A stretch of DNA of 64,000 nucleotides from Terriglobia bacterium (GCA_963664115.2 CAXWPJ010000006.1:96001-160000), one strand, 5' to 3'. Positions 29,371 to 39,067 are shown, numbered from the stretch's first letter. Made by a program: numbers and translations. Notes: generated from the letters alone by a model not told the origin.

Positions 29371-30771
29371 ATGGACAGATCGATGCATGAATCGGGAAGT
29401 CCCGGTGCGAGCGTGTCCTGGCGTGTTGCTGATCTGCGCACGGAAGCGGGTCAGCTCTTGACCTTGGGGCTTCCGGTCATTGGATCGCAGTTGGCGCACG
29501 TCGCGATGAACTTTGTGGATACCGTTATGGCGGGCAATCTGAGCCCGCAGGCTCTGGCTGCGGTGGCTCTGGGCAGCAGCATCTGGACCACGACAGCGCT
29601 GTTCGTAATCGGTCTCCTGATGGCCGTTACCGCTTCCGTTTCTCAACTCTTTGGTGCCGGCAGGCACGAGGAAATCGGCCGATTCGTCCGGCAGGCGCTG
29701 TGGCTCGGTCAGGGACTGGGCTTGGCGTGCTTTGTCTTCATCCGCCAGATCGACCCCCTTTTTTCCTGGTTGGAGATCGAGCAGGAGATCATTCCGACGA
29801 CCCTTGGATATCTGGACGCGATCACCTGGGGTCTTCCCGCCATGTGTGGATTTATCGTACTGCGGCATTTCAGTGAAGGCGTGTCAATGACCCGTCCCGT
29901 CCTCCTGATCAGCCTGATCGGATTGCTGACGAACATTGGCGGAAACTACGTTTTCATGTATGGCCGCCTGGGTTTGCCTGCGATGGGTGCGGTGGGATGC
30001 GGTTGGGCCACGGCCTTGGTGATGTGGATGATGTTGCTGTCGCTTACGATCTACGTATTCGTCGGGCCGTACTACCAGCGGTTTCACCTCTTCCGTTCCT
30101 TCGATTGGCCACGCAGGGATGACCTCCTCGAGACACTCGTATTGGGTCTGCCTATCGGGATCAGCCTGTTTCTGGAGGCCAGTCTCTTCGCTACAGTTGC
30201 CTTGCTGATGGGATCGTTAGGAATTAATGCAGTAGCCGGACACCAGATCGCGATCAATTTCGCGTCGATCACGTTCATGATTCCTCTCGGCCTGTCGATG
30301 GCCATTACAGTGAGAGTCGGCCAGGCCGTGGGTCGCGGCTCTCAGGGGGCGGGACGCCGTTCGGCCTTTGTCGGACTCGTCCTGGCTCTGGCCTTTATGT
30401 CGGCCTCCGCTACCACCATGTTCTTGTTTCCTGAGTGGATCGTCGGAATTTATACGGACGATCCGGAGGTCCGGTCCATCGCCATGGATTTATTGTTAAT
30501 GGCCGCCATCTTTCAAATCTCGGATGGCGCTCAGGTGGCCGGAGCGGGAGCGCTTCGCGGACTGAAAGACACGACGATCCCGATGGTGATGACGCTGATT
30601 GCGTACTGGGGCTTGGGCCTGCCCCTGGGATATACCCTGGGGATTGTGCGTTCGATGGGACCCCAGGCGATGTGGATCGGCCTCATCGCCGGGCTGACAG
30701 TCGCCGGAGTTTGTCTGAACGGTCGCTTTTACTGGATCACACGCCGCCCGGAGAGGAACGCTCTTCTTTGA
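29371..30771 (+). CDS. MATE family efflux transporter (NorM-like)
   Basis: VDTVMAG, LGLPIG..E, AGHQIA, GALRGLKDT. Confidence 0.93.
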   Translation: MDRSMHESGSPGASVSWRVADLRTEAGQLLTLGLPVIGSQLAHVAMNFVDTVMAGNLSPQALAAVALGSSIWTTTALFVIGLLMAVTASVSQLFGAGRHEEIGRFVRQALWLGQGLGLACFVFIRQIDPLFSWLEIEQEIIPTTLGYLDAITWGLPAMCGFIVLRHFSEGVSMTRPVLLISLIGLLTNIGGNYVFMYGRLGLPAMGAVGCGWATALVMWMMLLSLTIYVFVGPYYQRFHLFRSFDWPRRDDLLETLVLGLPIGISLFLEASLFATVALLMGSLGINAVAGHQIAINFASITFMIPLGLSMAITVRVGQAVGRGSQGAGRRSAFVGLVLALAFMSASATTMFLFPEWIVGIYTDDPEVRSIAMDLLLMAAIFQISDGAQVAGAGALRGLKDTTIPMVMTLIAYWGLGLPLGYTLGIVRSMGPQAMWIGLIAGLTVAGVCLNGRFYWITRRPERNALL

Positions 30772-30798
30772 AGAGCCCCACAGCATGGGCTCAAGGCA

Positions 30799-31128
30799 AT
30801 GCTCTTTTTTGGGAGACCGCTAATGTACGTCGTCTTCAGCATCAACAAGATCAAAGCGCCCCACCTCGACGATTTCGTGAGGAACGTTCGTCTCCACGCC
30901 GGTCGGAGCAACCGCGAGCCCGGCTGCGTCCGCTATGAGGTGCTCGAGGACACTGCAGATCCCCAGACAATCTGTCTGTATGAGGTGTTTGTGGACGAGG
31001 CTGCCTTTCACCGACATGTGAGGGCTTCTTACTACCTGGAATGGATGCAGATGTCTAAGGAGTGGCGGCACCGCGAGCAACGTACCCGTCACGTCCTGAA
31101 GTTCCTCCACACTCCTCTCACCCCCTGA
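30799..31128 (+). CDS. ABM / LsrG-like putative quinol monooxygenase
   Basis: EPGCVRYEV...LYEVF...AFHRH. Confidence 0.85.
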   Translation: MLFFGRPLMYVVFSINKIKAPHLDDFVRNVRLHAGRSNREPGCVRYEVLEDTADPQTICLYEVFVDEAAFHRHVRASYYLEWMQMSKEWRHREQRTRHVLKFLHTPLTP

Positions 31129-31190
31129 CCGGCATGCCCCCGAACTTCGGAGCGGAAACCTCGCCTGAGGGCGCTCGCGAACCTCCATGA

Positions 31191-31715
31191 TCAAAAATCA
31201 AAGCCGGCAAACAACCTGAACAGGAGGCCGCGGTACAACTCGATGTTAAAAACGTGTTCAAAGAGGAGATAAACGACGATCGTCACGCCAACGGTCACAC
31301 ACACCGACAAGCGCGTCGATTCCTTTGAGACAAGTCGCAACAAGACAAACATGAACGCTGCCATGCCTGCGTAGTGACCCATAACAAAGATCAAAGCCAG
31401 CAGCAGCGCCATCCAGGCGATAAACCCGATGGCGACGTTAACTTTTCTGTTCTGTCCGCGGACGGCTCGCGATAGTTCCGCCAGCAGAACGTCCTGTTCG
31501 GTGGCTGCTCTCGTCTGTAACAACTGCGCGGCAATAAGGAACAGCAGCGGGACCATTATGAAGAGTGGCGCTCTGGCCGAGACGATGTCGTAGTTTAAGG
31601 CCACCACAAACCCGGCGCTCACGACGATCCCGATAAACGAGACGAAGCAAAGCTCCAGCGCCGCCTTTCGAGGACCGCCCCGCTCCGCCCCGGTTTTCTG
31701 CTTTTCGTCCGTCAT
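31191..31715 (-). CDS. tctB: Tripartite tricarboxylate transporter TctB-family small membrane subunit
   Basis: Four to five TM helices; ATGA overlap with the tctA stop. Confidence 0.75.
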   Translation of the reverse strand: MTDEKQKTGAERGGPRKAALELCFVSFIGIVVSAGFVVALNYDIVSARAPLFIMVPLLFLIAAQLLQTRAATEQDVLLAELSRAVRGQNRKVNVAIGFIAWMALLLALIFVMGHYAGMAAFMFVLLRLVSKESTRLSVCVTVGVTIVVYLLFEHVFNIELYRGLLFRLFAGFDF

Positions 31716-33226
31716 CGTGTCAGGGGCTCTGCCCGTCTGCGATCCCGGAGGATCGTCCATACGTTGTAGCCGAGGAACAGGATCATAATGAGTGTCAGTG
31801 TCAATGGAATTGGGTCAAAGATGAAGTACGGTCCGGACAATTGAAGTGCCAGGTAGAGATTCCGTTCGACGGGAAAGCCGAGAACGAAACCAATCAGCAA
31901 CGCAGCCCTCGAGTAATCCAACTCTTTCATAAGGTAGCCAATGACACCGAAAACCAGTGCGACTCCAATGTCAAACCAAGATCGCCCGACGGCGAACGCG
32001 CCCGTAAAGACGATCGCGATGAGGACCGGCACCATGATTCCTCCCCGCAGTCCCGTTACTCTGCTCAGAGGATTGACAAGAAACATGCCGCCGACCATGC
32101 CGATGAAATTGCCGATAATTATCGTAAAGATCATTATGAAGACGACATCGACACGCGTGGTCACCATGTTCAGTCCGGTTTCCTGCCCGAGAACGAAGAG
32201 TGCACTCAGGAGAATGGCCATTGAAGAACTTCCGGGTACGCCGAACGCTATCGTCGAGGCGAGCGCTCCGCCTTCCACGGCGTCGTTTGCCGCTTCAGAT
32301 CCTATGACGCCTTCGATATTCCCCTTTCCGAAAGTGTCTTTGGTTTTGGAGGATTGCTTCGCATGCCCGTAGGCTATGAATGCGGCAGCAGCACTGCCCA
32401 GGCCAGGAATCAAGCCCATCGTGACACCGATTGCGCTGCACCGCAGAACCAGCCACCAGTGCTTGAATGCTGATATGACTCCCTGAAAGATCTGCTTTTG
32501 AGTTTCCCTGGCCGAGAGCCTGCGATGGCCTTCACCGGTCAAGGTGCCTCCTCCAACCCAGAGCTCGAACATCTCCGCCACGGCGAACAAACCGAGAATG
32601 ACCGGCACGAGTTCGAGCCCGTCGCGCAACTCAAGCAATCCGAACGTAAATCGTTCCTGATTCGTTACGTTGTCGAGACCAATCATTGCCAGCAGCAATC
32701 CGGCCAACGCCGCAATAAGGCTACGGGAAAGGTCCTCCTTACCCAGCACCGCCACAAACGTCAGTGCCAAAAACGCCAACACGAAAATCTCCGGTGGGCC
32801 GAAGAACAATACGATCTGTTGCAACACCGGTAATAGCAGGGCCAGGGTGAAGGCGCCAAAGGTTGCGCCCAGAAAACAAGCCGTCAGAGCCGCCCCGGCT
32901 GCCATGGCCCCAAGGCCCTTGTTTCTCATGGGTGGACCGTCCAGCAGGGTTGCCGCGTTCTGGCCGGTTCCCGGCGTGCTGAAAAATATGGCGGTCAGTC
33001 CACCGCCTTGAGCGACCGTTGCGTGAGCGCCGAGCAGAAATGCGATGCCGGGCGCCGGATCCAGTGAATAGAGGAAGGGGATCACCATCGCCATTGCAAA
33101 ATGGCCGCCGAGACCCGGGATCACGCCAATCATCAGCCCAAGCAGCGAACCCGCCAGCAGGTAGGGAAACACTTCGATGCTGATCGACTGTAGAAATCCG
33201 CTCAGAAGGCCGTCGACTATACCCAT
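31712..33226 (-). CDS. tctA: Tripartite tricarboxylate transporter permease TctA
   Basis: GVIPGLG, TPGT..NAAT.LDG, GLIPGLG, EAANDA, GVPGS. Confidence 0.92.
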   Translation of the reverse strand: MGIVDGLLSGFLQSISIEVFPYLLAGSLLGLMIGVIPGLGGHFAMAMVIPFLYSLDPAPGIAFLLGAHATVAQGGGLTAIFFSTPGTGQNAATLLDGPPMRNKGLGAMAAGAALTACFLGATFGAFTLALLLPVLQQIVLFFGPPEIFVLAFLALTFVAVLGKEDLSRSLIAALAGLLLAMIGLDNVTNQERFTFGLLELRDGLELVPVILGLFAVAEMFELWVGGGTLTGEGHRRLSARETQKQIFQGVISAFKHWWLVLRCSAIGVTMGLIPGLGSAAAAFIAYGHAKQSSKTKDTFGKGNIEGVIGSEAANDAVEGGALASTIAFGVPGSSSMAILLSALFVLGQETGLNMVTTRVDVVFIMIFTIIIGNFIGMVGGMFLVNPLSRVTGLRGGIMVPVLIAIVFTGAFAVGRSWFDIGVALVFGVIGYLMKELDYSRAALLIGFVLGFPVERNLYLALQLSGPYFIFDPIPLTLTLIMILFLGYNVWTILRDRRRAEPLTR

Positions 33227-33463
33227 ATTATCGCCGCTTATCCGTCAATCATCCGCCGTTCGCGACCGGTCCGCTTAGGGAAAAAGTATTGGCGAGTGTA
33301 CTCCGTGAAGCGGTGCAACTGTAGTCCTGACTTCGGCGACGGGCGCGGTCTGGTTCAGGTCAGCAGGGAATGCTGTTCAAGGTAAAGGAACGAGAGGTGT
33401 CGGTAGTGCATCAGTTTGAAATTAGACGTTAAATCCTTTCACGCCTCCGATATGCTTAGAGGC

Positions 33464-33697
33464 ATGGCAAAGAATCCCAAGACGAAGCGACCCGCCGACG
33501 TGGTCGGGAATGCCGTGCGCGTGATGCAGATCGCAACTGGTGATGCTGAAGAAGAAGAGAAGGACCCTGACGCCATTGCCCGTGGCAAGAAGGGCGGTAA
33601 GGTCCGTGCGTCGAAGCTGTCAGCCCGCAAGCGCCGTGAGATCGCCAAGAAGGCGGCAGAGGCGCGATGGGCGAAGGAGCACGCCAAAGATAATTAG
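33464..33697 (+). CDS. Small basic IS-associated protein (histone H1-like/KGG motif)
   Basis: KRPADV...RGKKGGKVRA.KLS..KRREIAKKAA.ARW. Confidence 0.85.
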   Translation: MAKNPKTKRPADVVGNAVRVMQIATGDAEEEEKDPDAIARGKKGGKVRASKLSARKRREIAKKAAEARWAKEHAKDN

Positions 33698-34800
33698 AGC
33701 GGCCGAATTTGGTCCCGGAGTTCTTTAGATTCCCTGCTGTCGGGCCTGTGCTTTCCGGAAATCGCCGTTACGTTCCTCAACCCGAATATCAGACCCTCCA
33801 CCTCATCCGTCCCGACACAGAGGTCCCGCGCTACGTCTGCATTCTTAACACCACTCTTCTTCAGGTCGCCGAAAACGCTTTCGAGCACCTGTGATGTTTC
33901 GCGTTCGATGCCTTCCGGCTCCCACGATCTACCGTGCTTGTTTAATTCAATGCAGATGCCGCGATAGTAGTAGTCGGTTATCAGCCCTAGTGTGTGGAGA
34001 CGGTGGGCTAGAAGAGAGACCGATACCTTCCAAATCTTCTTTTTTGAGGCGAGCGTCGAAACTGTTGGAGCACGCAGACGCCCAACGTTCGCCAATGCGC
34101 TCTTCTCTGGAACCAAAAACACTCCCGCGAATGTCTGGGCCTCTCTTTCAAAGGGTTGGCCTACCTGCTTGCGGTGGTGGTGGCGCAGCACGAGATGGCC
34201 CAGTTCATGAGCGGCATCAGTGCGGGAGTGCTCTGGAGTCTTGATGGTATTCAGGAACACCATCGGCACATCATCTGCCCAGAGCGAGAAGGCATCGACG
34301 TTCCTGGTCCTTTCGATCAGGGAAAACACCCGGACGCCTTTCGCTTCCAGAAGGCGAACCATATTACCAATTGGCCGCTCACCAATCCCCCAATACTGTC
34401 GCAGGACCGTCGCCGCGACAGGGGGCTTGTACATGGACAGGTCCGGGATATCTGGCTCAGGAAGGTGGTACTTCGCGTCGATCCACTTGTTGAGTTCCCA
34501 CGCAATCCCAGCTACTGAAAATGCCGAAGCCTTCTCTGCGGCAGACATCGTGCTGAGCGCACGGAATGAAGCGGATCCAAGTTTTGCGAGGTCTCCACGA
34601 TAGAAGAACGAAACTGGAAAACGTAGCACTTCGGAAAGCGACACGATCTCGCCTTCGGTGGGCTCGACCTCTCCGGTGATGAATCGGTGGAGCCGTTCGC
34701 GGCTTATTGCGGACTGCTTCGCCAGAGAAACCTTCGTGAGTCCGCGACGCATTCGCGCCAACTCCATCCGGTCCGGATTGAAGATGGTGTCAGTTGCCAC
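33694..34800 (-). CDS. XRE HTH plus ImmA/IrrE Zn-metallopeptidase (RmrA-like antitoxin)
   Basis: N-terminal LARMRRGLT HTH; AHELGH (HExxH); EREAQTFA. Confidence 0.92.
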   Translation of the reverse strand: MATDTIFNPDRMELARMRRGLTKVSLAKQSAISRERLHRFITGEVEPTEGEIVSLSEVLRFPVSFFYRGDLAKLGSASFRALSTMSAAEKASAFSVAGIAWELNKWIDAKYHLPEPDIPDLSMYKPPVAATVLRQYWGIGERPIGNMVRLLEAKGVRVFSLIERTRNVDAFSLWADDVPMVFLNTIKTPEHSRTDAAHELGHLVLRHHHRKQVGQPFEREAQTFAGVFLVPEKSALANVGRLRAPTVSTLASKKKIWKVSVSLLAHRLHTLGLITDYYYRGICIELNKHGRSWEPEGIERETSQVLESVFGDLKKSGVKNADVARDLCVGTDEVEGLIFGLRNVTAISGKHRPDSRESKELRDQIRPL

Positions 34801-35476
34801 GGCGACGAACTTCGACTATCGGCTCGACTGGCTCGTCTTCGGGTCTGGGCATCACTTCAGGACTTCCCGGAATGCGCCCGAGTATCAGCCGCTCTGACCA
34901 CGCGGTTATCTTTCCTGCTTCATCAATCTTCGTCGGATGCGAAAGTTCGGACCGGAGTTCACCGTCAACGAGGCAGTGGAGGAGAAACCACGTCAACTGG
35001 TATTTGTCCTGCCCATCGTCATCTGGGGCAAACACTTCTGCGTTGGTTTGTTCGGCGGAGTTGACGAATTCCAAGGCGGCTTGTCGATTACGGTAAACGA
35101 CGCGCCGAGTGACCAACCCCTTTCCATGTCTTGTCGTTGGCTGACGCGCCACGCTGGCGGTTCCCGTCCACTCGTCGCCGCTTGCGACAACGATAGCCAT
35201 CCTGCCGTCAGGAGCTACCAGCGTCTCGAAGTTTTTGGTCGATTCCCGAATCCAGCCGAGCGGTAGCCCGAGTTCTCGGAGGCGGCACGTCGATTCACCG
35301 TACATGACGCTGCCACGATAGGTTGCCGGATGATTCTCTGTCGTTCGTGCCCGGTCCGCCATCCCGGCCTCAAGCGCCGAGAGCAATAACTCGCCGCTAA
35401 GGGTTGACTGCAATTCGCGGAGCCGCTGCTCCACCTGTATCGGTTCCGAAATGATGATCCTTTCTATCGAACTCAC
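34790..35476 (-). CDS. Hypothetical protein, putative toxin/effector partner of the XRE-IrrE protein
   Basis: Overlaps the antitoxin start; KG, ELRSELSHP and WSERLIL motifs. Confidence 0.75.
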   Translation of the reverse strand: MSSIERIIISEPIQVEQRLRELQSTLSGELLLSALEAGMADRARTTENHPATYRGSVMYGESTCRLRELGLPLGWIRESTKNFETLVAPDGRMAIVVASGDEWTGTASVARQPTTRHGKGLVTRRVVYRNRQAALEFVNSAEQTNAEVFAPDDDGQDKYQLTWFLLHCLVDGELRSELSHPTKIDEAGKITAWSERLILGRIPGSPEVMPRPEDEPVEPIVEVRRRGN

Positions 35477-35502
35477 TTAAACCCCCTTAGTTCGGGCGGT
35501 GT

Positions 35503-35548
35503 CACATTTTCGGATCTCATTATAGATCGAGAAATGTGCATAGCTCAA
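35503..35548 (-). promoter_or_regulatory. Sigma70 promoter of the cargo operon inside an inverted-repeat operator
   Basis: Minus strand TTGAGC-N18-TATAAT; IR CACATTTTCGGATCT/AGATCGAGAAATGTG (35503-35538) brackets the -10. Confidence 0.65.
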
Positions 35549-35595
35549 GCTCTAAACTGAGATATCCTTTGTTTTCATTAAATTGAATGAAACCA

Positions 35596-35624
35596 TTGAC
35601 AATGCTTATAGGTTTAAGCATAAT
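35596..35624 (+). promoter_or_regulatory. Transposase promoter with palindromic operator
   Basis: TTGACA-N17-CATAAT; ATGCTTA-N6-TAAGCAT palindrome at 35602-35621. Confidence 0.7.
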
Positions 35625-35631
35625 AGTCAGT

Positions 35632-36516
35632 ATGAATAAGCTAGACACCAACGCCCGCGCTCAAATCCTTCACTTACTGTGCGAAGGAAACTCCATGCGT
35701 TCGGTCTCCAGGATCGCAAACGTGTCGTTCAATACCGTTAATAAGATCCTGATAGACTCGGGTCGCTCTTGCGCTACGTTCCATGATGAAAGAGTGCAGA
35801 ACGTAAAAGCAAGACGGGTCCAGTGCGATGAAATTTGGAGCTTCACCTACGCCAAACAGAAGAACGTCGGTACGGCTAAAAAGGCCCCTGACGGGGCTGG
35901 TGATACGTGGACGTGGACGGCGCTGGACAGCGACAGCAAGCTGATCGTGTCATGGCTGGTAGGTGGACGAGACACCGAATATGCCGCGATGTTCATGGAC
36001 GATGTTAAGAACCGTCTCGCCGGTCGCGTCCAGTTGACCACAGACGGACTTAAAGCATACCTGGTGGCAGTTGAAGGCGCTTTCGGTGCGGATGTCGATT
36101 TCGCACAACTTGTGAAGCTCTACGGCGAACCGAAGACCGCCAGTCCGGAACGCAAGTACAGCCCTTCAGAATGCACGGGTACACGATGTTACGCGCGGGA
36201 GGGACGCCCAGACCCGAAGCACATTTCAACGTCTCACGTCGAACGCCAAAATTTGACAATGCGGATGCACATGCGGCGGTTTACTCGCCTGACCAACGGA
36301 TTCTCGAAGAAGTTTGAGAATCACATGTGGATGGTTGCCTTGTACGCGGTCTATTACAACTTCCTGAAGATACATAAGACCCTGCGAGTGACGCCAGCGA
36401 TGGAAGCAGGTTTGACGGATCGAGTTTGGACGTTTGAGGATATTGTTGGGCTGATCGACGCGAACGCCCCGAAGCCGGGATCACGCGGACCATACAAGAA
36501 GCGGATTTCAAACTGA
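35632..36516 (+). CDS. IS1-family DDE transposase (single ORF)
   Basis: N-terminal HTH, QCDEIW, TTDG, STSHVERQNLTMR..RRFTRLTNGFSKK; stop codon lies in the right TIR. Confidence 0.93.
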   Translation: MNKLDTNARAQILHLLCEGNSMRSVSRIANVSFNTVNKILIDSGRSCATFHDERVQNVKARRVQCDEIWSFTYAKQKNVGTAKKAPDGAGDTWTWTALDSDSKLIVSWLVGGRDTEYAAMFMDDVKNRLAGRVQLTTDGLKAYLVAVEGAFGADVDFAQLVKLYGEPKTASPERKYSPSECTGTRCYAREGRPDPKHISTSHVERQNLTMRMHMRRFTRLTNGFSKKFENHMWMVALYAVYYNFLKIHKTLRVTPAMEAGLTDRVWTFEDIVGLIDANAPKPGSRGPYKKRISN

Positions 36517-36556
36517 TGCACTACCGAGGTGTCGGGTCATTGCGGTCAGGAGACGA

Positions 36557-37645
36557 CTACAGCTCGCCTTTGATCGCCCTGACAAACAACTGCTTGATCT
36601 CATCCGGCATGACGGTTGCGTCAACAACGAATTGCCGCATCTCCTCGGCTGAAGCATAGCTGATCGGCCGTCCGGATCTTTCAGCGTCCGCTAGCAATTC
36701 GGGATCATGGAGGGCGTTGTAGAAAGCTTCACTCAAAAATTCAACTCTGTCGGGCGGCGTACCCGGGGGTGCCGCGATCGGACGTCCGACCGCATGCAGG
36801 TTTGCCCAGGCCGTGAGAATGGCCCGGGTACGCCCGGGATCAGCGGTCTGGTCGACCAATTCAGAGGTGGTGGGTACATCGGGAAGTTCTGGAATTCTTT
36901 GCTGGCCGCTCTGGAGAACAACCGTATCCCTGCCCGTGCCGACTGCATCCAGAGCGCTACCCCAGGATCCCCATGTGCCGATGATATCGCCCCTGAGCAT
37001 TGCCTGTCTCACCACAGCCGAGCTATCGAAGCCGTGGATGACATCCAGCGGGAAATCGAAGGCCTCGTTGGTAATGACGGCGTCCACATACGTGCTGCCG
37101 CCCAAGCCGGTTGCGCCGATCTTGAGCTGGCTGCCGGATTGCCATATCTCTTCAATGGATTCGAAGCCGCTATCAACGGACACGGCAAAGACCCTTGGAT
37201 CGGACACGACACGCCCGAGGAACTCAAACTCGGCGATCTCATAGTCGGCACCCTGAATCCCCGCGATTTCATTCGTTACCATGGCGCTGCCGTTAATCAT
37301 GCCGATCGTCAGGCCGTCACTGGGTGCGTTAAATAAATCGTTAACACCCCTCATGCCGCCGGCACCGGGTAGATTGACGATGTCTACACGCGCGCCGGTA
37401 TAATTTTCAATATAAGGCGCAAGGAGACGCCCATATTCATCGTATCCACCGCCAGGGATGTAAGGGACTATCCAGCGAATACTCCGGCCGTCATAAAAAG
37501 CCGCGGCACCCGTTTTGGGTTCCCCTCCGTTGTCCTCAGACTGGCAGGACGCCAATCCGCATAGAGTGAGTGCGACAATCAGGCCCAATCCCATCATCCG
37601 GTGCACGATCCTGGCATGTCCCATCGGTTTCTCCCGAAGTGTCAA
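36557..37645 (-). CDS. tctC: Tripartite tricarboxylate transporter substrate-binding lipoprotein (TctC/Bug)
   Basis: IVPYIPGGGYD, NLPGAGG, PDVPT, AAPPGTP; lipobox-like LASC. Confidence 0.9.
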   Translation of the reverse strand: MTLREKPMGHARIVHRMMGLGLIVALTLCGLASCQSEDNGGEPKTGAAAFYDGRSIRWIVPYIPGGGYDEYGRLLAPYIENYTGARVDIVNLPGAGGMRGVNDLFNAPSDGLTIGMINGSAMVTNEIAGIQGADYEIAEFEFLGRVVSDPRVFAVSVDSGFESIEEIWQSGSQLKIGATGLGGSTYVDAVITNEAFDFPLDVIHGFDSSAVVRQAMLRGDIIGTWGSWGSALDAVGTGRDTVVLQSGQQRIPELPDVPTTSELVDQTADPGRTRAILTAWANLHAVGRPIAAPPGTPPDRVEFLSEAFYNALHDPELLADAERSGRPISYASAEEMRQFVVDATVMPDEIKQLFVRAIKGEL

Positions 37646-37801
37646 GTGAGCTTAACGCTCCTGCGCAATTCCCGGAAAAGTATGCAGCAAGGTTTCCGTA
37701 TATTACAAGCGTGTATCGTCGATCAGAACGTTATCCATGCAATACTGATTTTTGCTATCCTCGTTTCTTTCAGCTGACGTCAGGGTTCCCCGAAAATAAC
37801 G

Positions 37802-38395
37802 ATGAAAGATCCTTCCACTAACCCAGACGCAGATCCCTCGCCCGGGAACTACCACAGTCAGAAAGATCGAATCTTTGTTCGATCGATTCGGGGTGAGTAT
37901 AACCTGAGGGAGGAACTGAAACGCCTGCGCTCGATGCCGCGAGTCCGGAAAGCCAAAAACATCAAGTTCGTCGACGGTCCGCAAACCTACAGCCGCCACT
38001 ATGTGGAACCGAAGGACGGTATCACCCAGGCGTTTCACTTGCACCTGGAGGAGTACGGACCTGGCGGCAGGTCGCAGAAGCACGGTCACGTAAACGAAGC
38101 GGCGTTTTATATTCTCGATGGGGAAGGCTATGAAATTCATGATGGCCAACGTTATGACTGGAAAGCTGGCGACATTGCGATCGTGCATAACAATTGCGTG
38201 CACCAGCACTTCAACGGGAGCGACACGAAGCCGGCGCGTGCACTGGTTATTAAGACGAAGCCGATGTTTCTGTTTATGAACATGCTGTTTCAAAAGCAGG
38301 TTGTTCCCCGTCCCAGTACCCCGGCGCCCGGTGGGGAAAACTTTTCCGCACGGGAGGAAGAAGACGACTTCAACCACCCGAAGGGCGGTTACTGA
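37802..38395 (+). CDS. Cupin-domain protein 1
   Basis: KHGHVNEA.FYIL.GEG...WKAGD...HQHFN. Confidence 0.9.
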   Translation: MKDPSTNPDADPSPGNYHSQKDRIFVRSIRGEYNLREELKRLRSMPRVRKAKNIKFVDGPQTYSRHYVEPKDGITQAFHLHLEEYGPGGRSQKHGHVNEAAFYILDGEGYEIHDGQRYDWKAGDIAIVHNNCVHQHFNGSDTKPARALVIKTKPMFLFMNMLFQKQVVPRPSTPAPGGENFSAREEEDDFNHPKGGY

Positions 38396-38397
38396 TC

Positions 38398-39003
38398 ATG
38401 GCCTGGGGCGAAACGTCAGTCTGGCTTGCGGGAGTTGAGAACGATGCTCTCTATCAGAAACTGCTCGACGACGCTGAATCCGCACCGGAGCGAAACGCCA
38501 AACGTAAGAAAATAATAACGCCGGCAGAGATGCCCTGGGAAATGTCTCGCCAGGGCATACTCAAACATCTGATTAATGAACAGATGAATACACGGATGGA
38601 AACGGTCGACGCCTACATGCAGATCATTCCGCCCCGAAGCCGGTCCGGCAAGCACCGCCACCTGGCGGAAGAATGCCTGTATGTTCTGGAGGGCCATGGT
38701 TATGATCTGCACCAGGACTGCGATGTGGAGATAACCGACGACTATCACTGGACGCCTCAGGAAGAGATTCAGCGCTTCGACTGGGAGGCGGGTGATGTCG
38801 TTTACATTCCACCAAACACCATCCATCAACACTTCAACGCCAACCCGGATCGTCCCGCCCGACTGATTTCGTCGATCAACCGAGTTTTTAAGCATAGCGG
38901 CTTAAACGATCTCGAACAGATCGAGGATGCCCCCGAATTTGAGCCCGGCCGCAGGCTTACACCGGAGTATGTGAGTGCATTGTTGCGAGGCGAAAAGCCT
39001 TGA
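38398..39003 (+). CDS. Cupin-domain protein 2
   Basis: KHRHLAEE.LYVLEG.G...WEAGD..YIPP...HQHFN. Confidence 0.9.
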   Translation: MAWGETSVWLAGVENDALYQKLLDDAESAPERNAKRKKIITPAEMPWEMSRQGILKHLINEQMNTRMETVDAYMQIIPPRSRSGKHRHLAEECLYVLEGHGYDLHQDCDVEITDDYHWTPQEEIQRFDWEAGDVVYIPPNTIHQHFNANPDRPARLISSINRVFKHSGLNDLEQIEDAPEFEPGRRLTPEYVSALLRGEKP

Positions 39004-39067
39004 CACCCCCACACAAGCCATGTGCGCCCCGTGATGTCCGGCGGGGTGCGTCGCTGAGGATTTCCCT

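Larger units (their letters stand above)
33402..36525 (+). mobile_element. Complete IS1-family element with passenger genes (3,124 bp)
   Basis: Perfect 21-bp TIRs GGTAGTGCATCAGTTTGAAAT (33402-33422 and 36505-36525); 8-bp TSD GAGGTGTC (33394-33401 and 36526-36533); transposase inside. Confidence 0.95.

Noticed and set aside
33356-36540. CDS interrupted by the IS
   Set aside because: The reconstituted empty site gives only a 17-codon minus-strand ORF; the insertion appears intergenic
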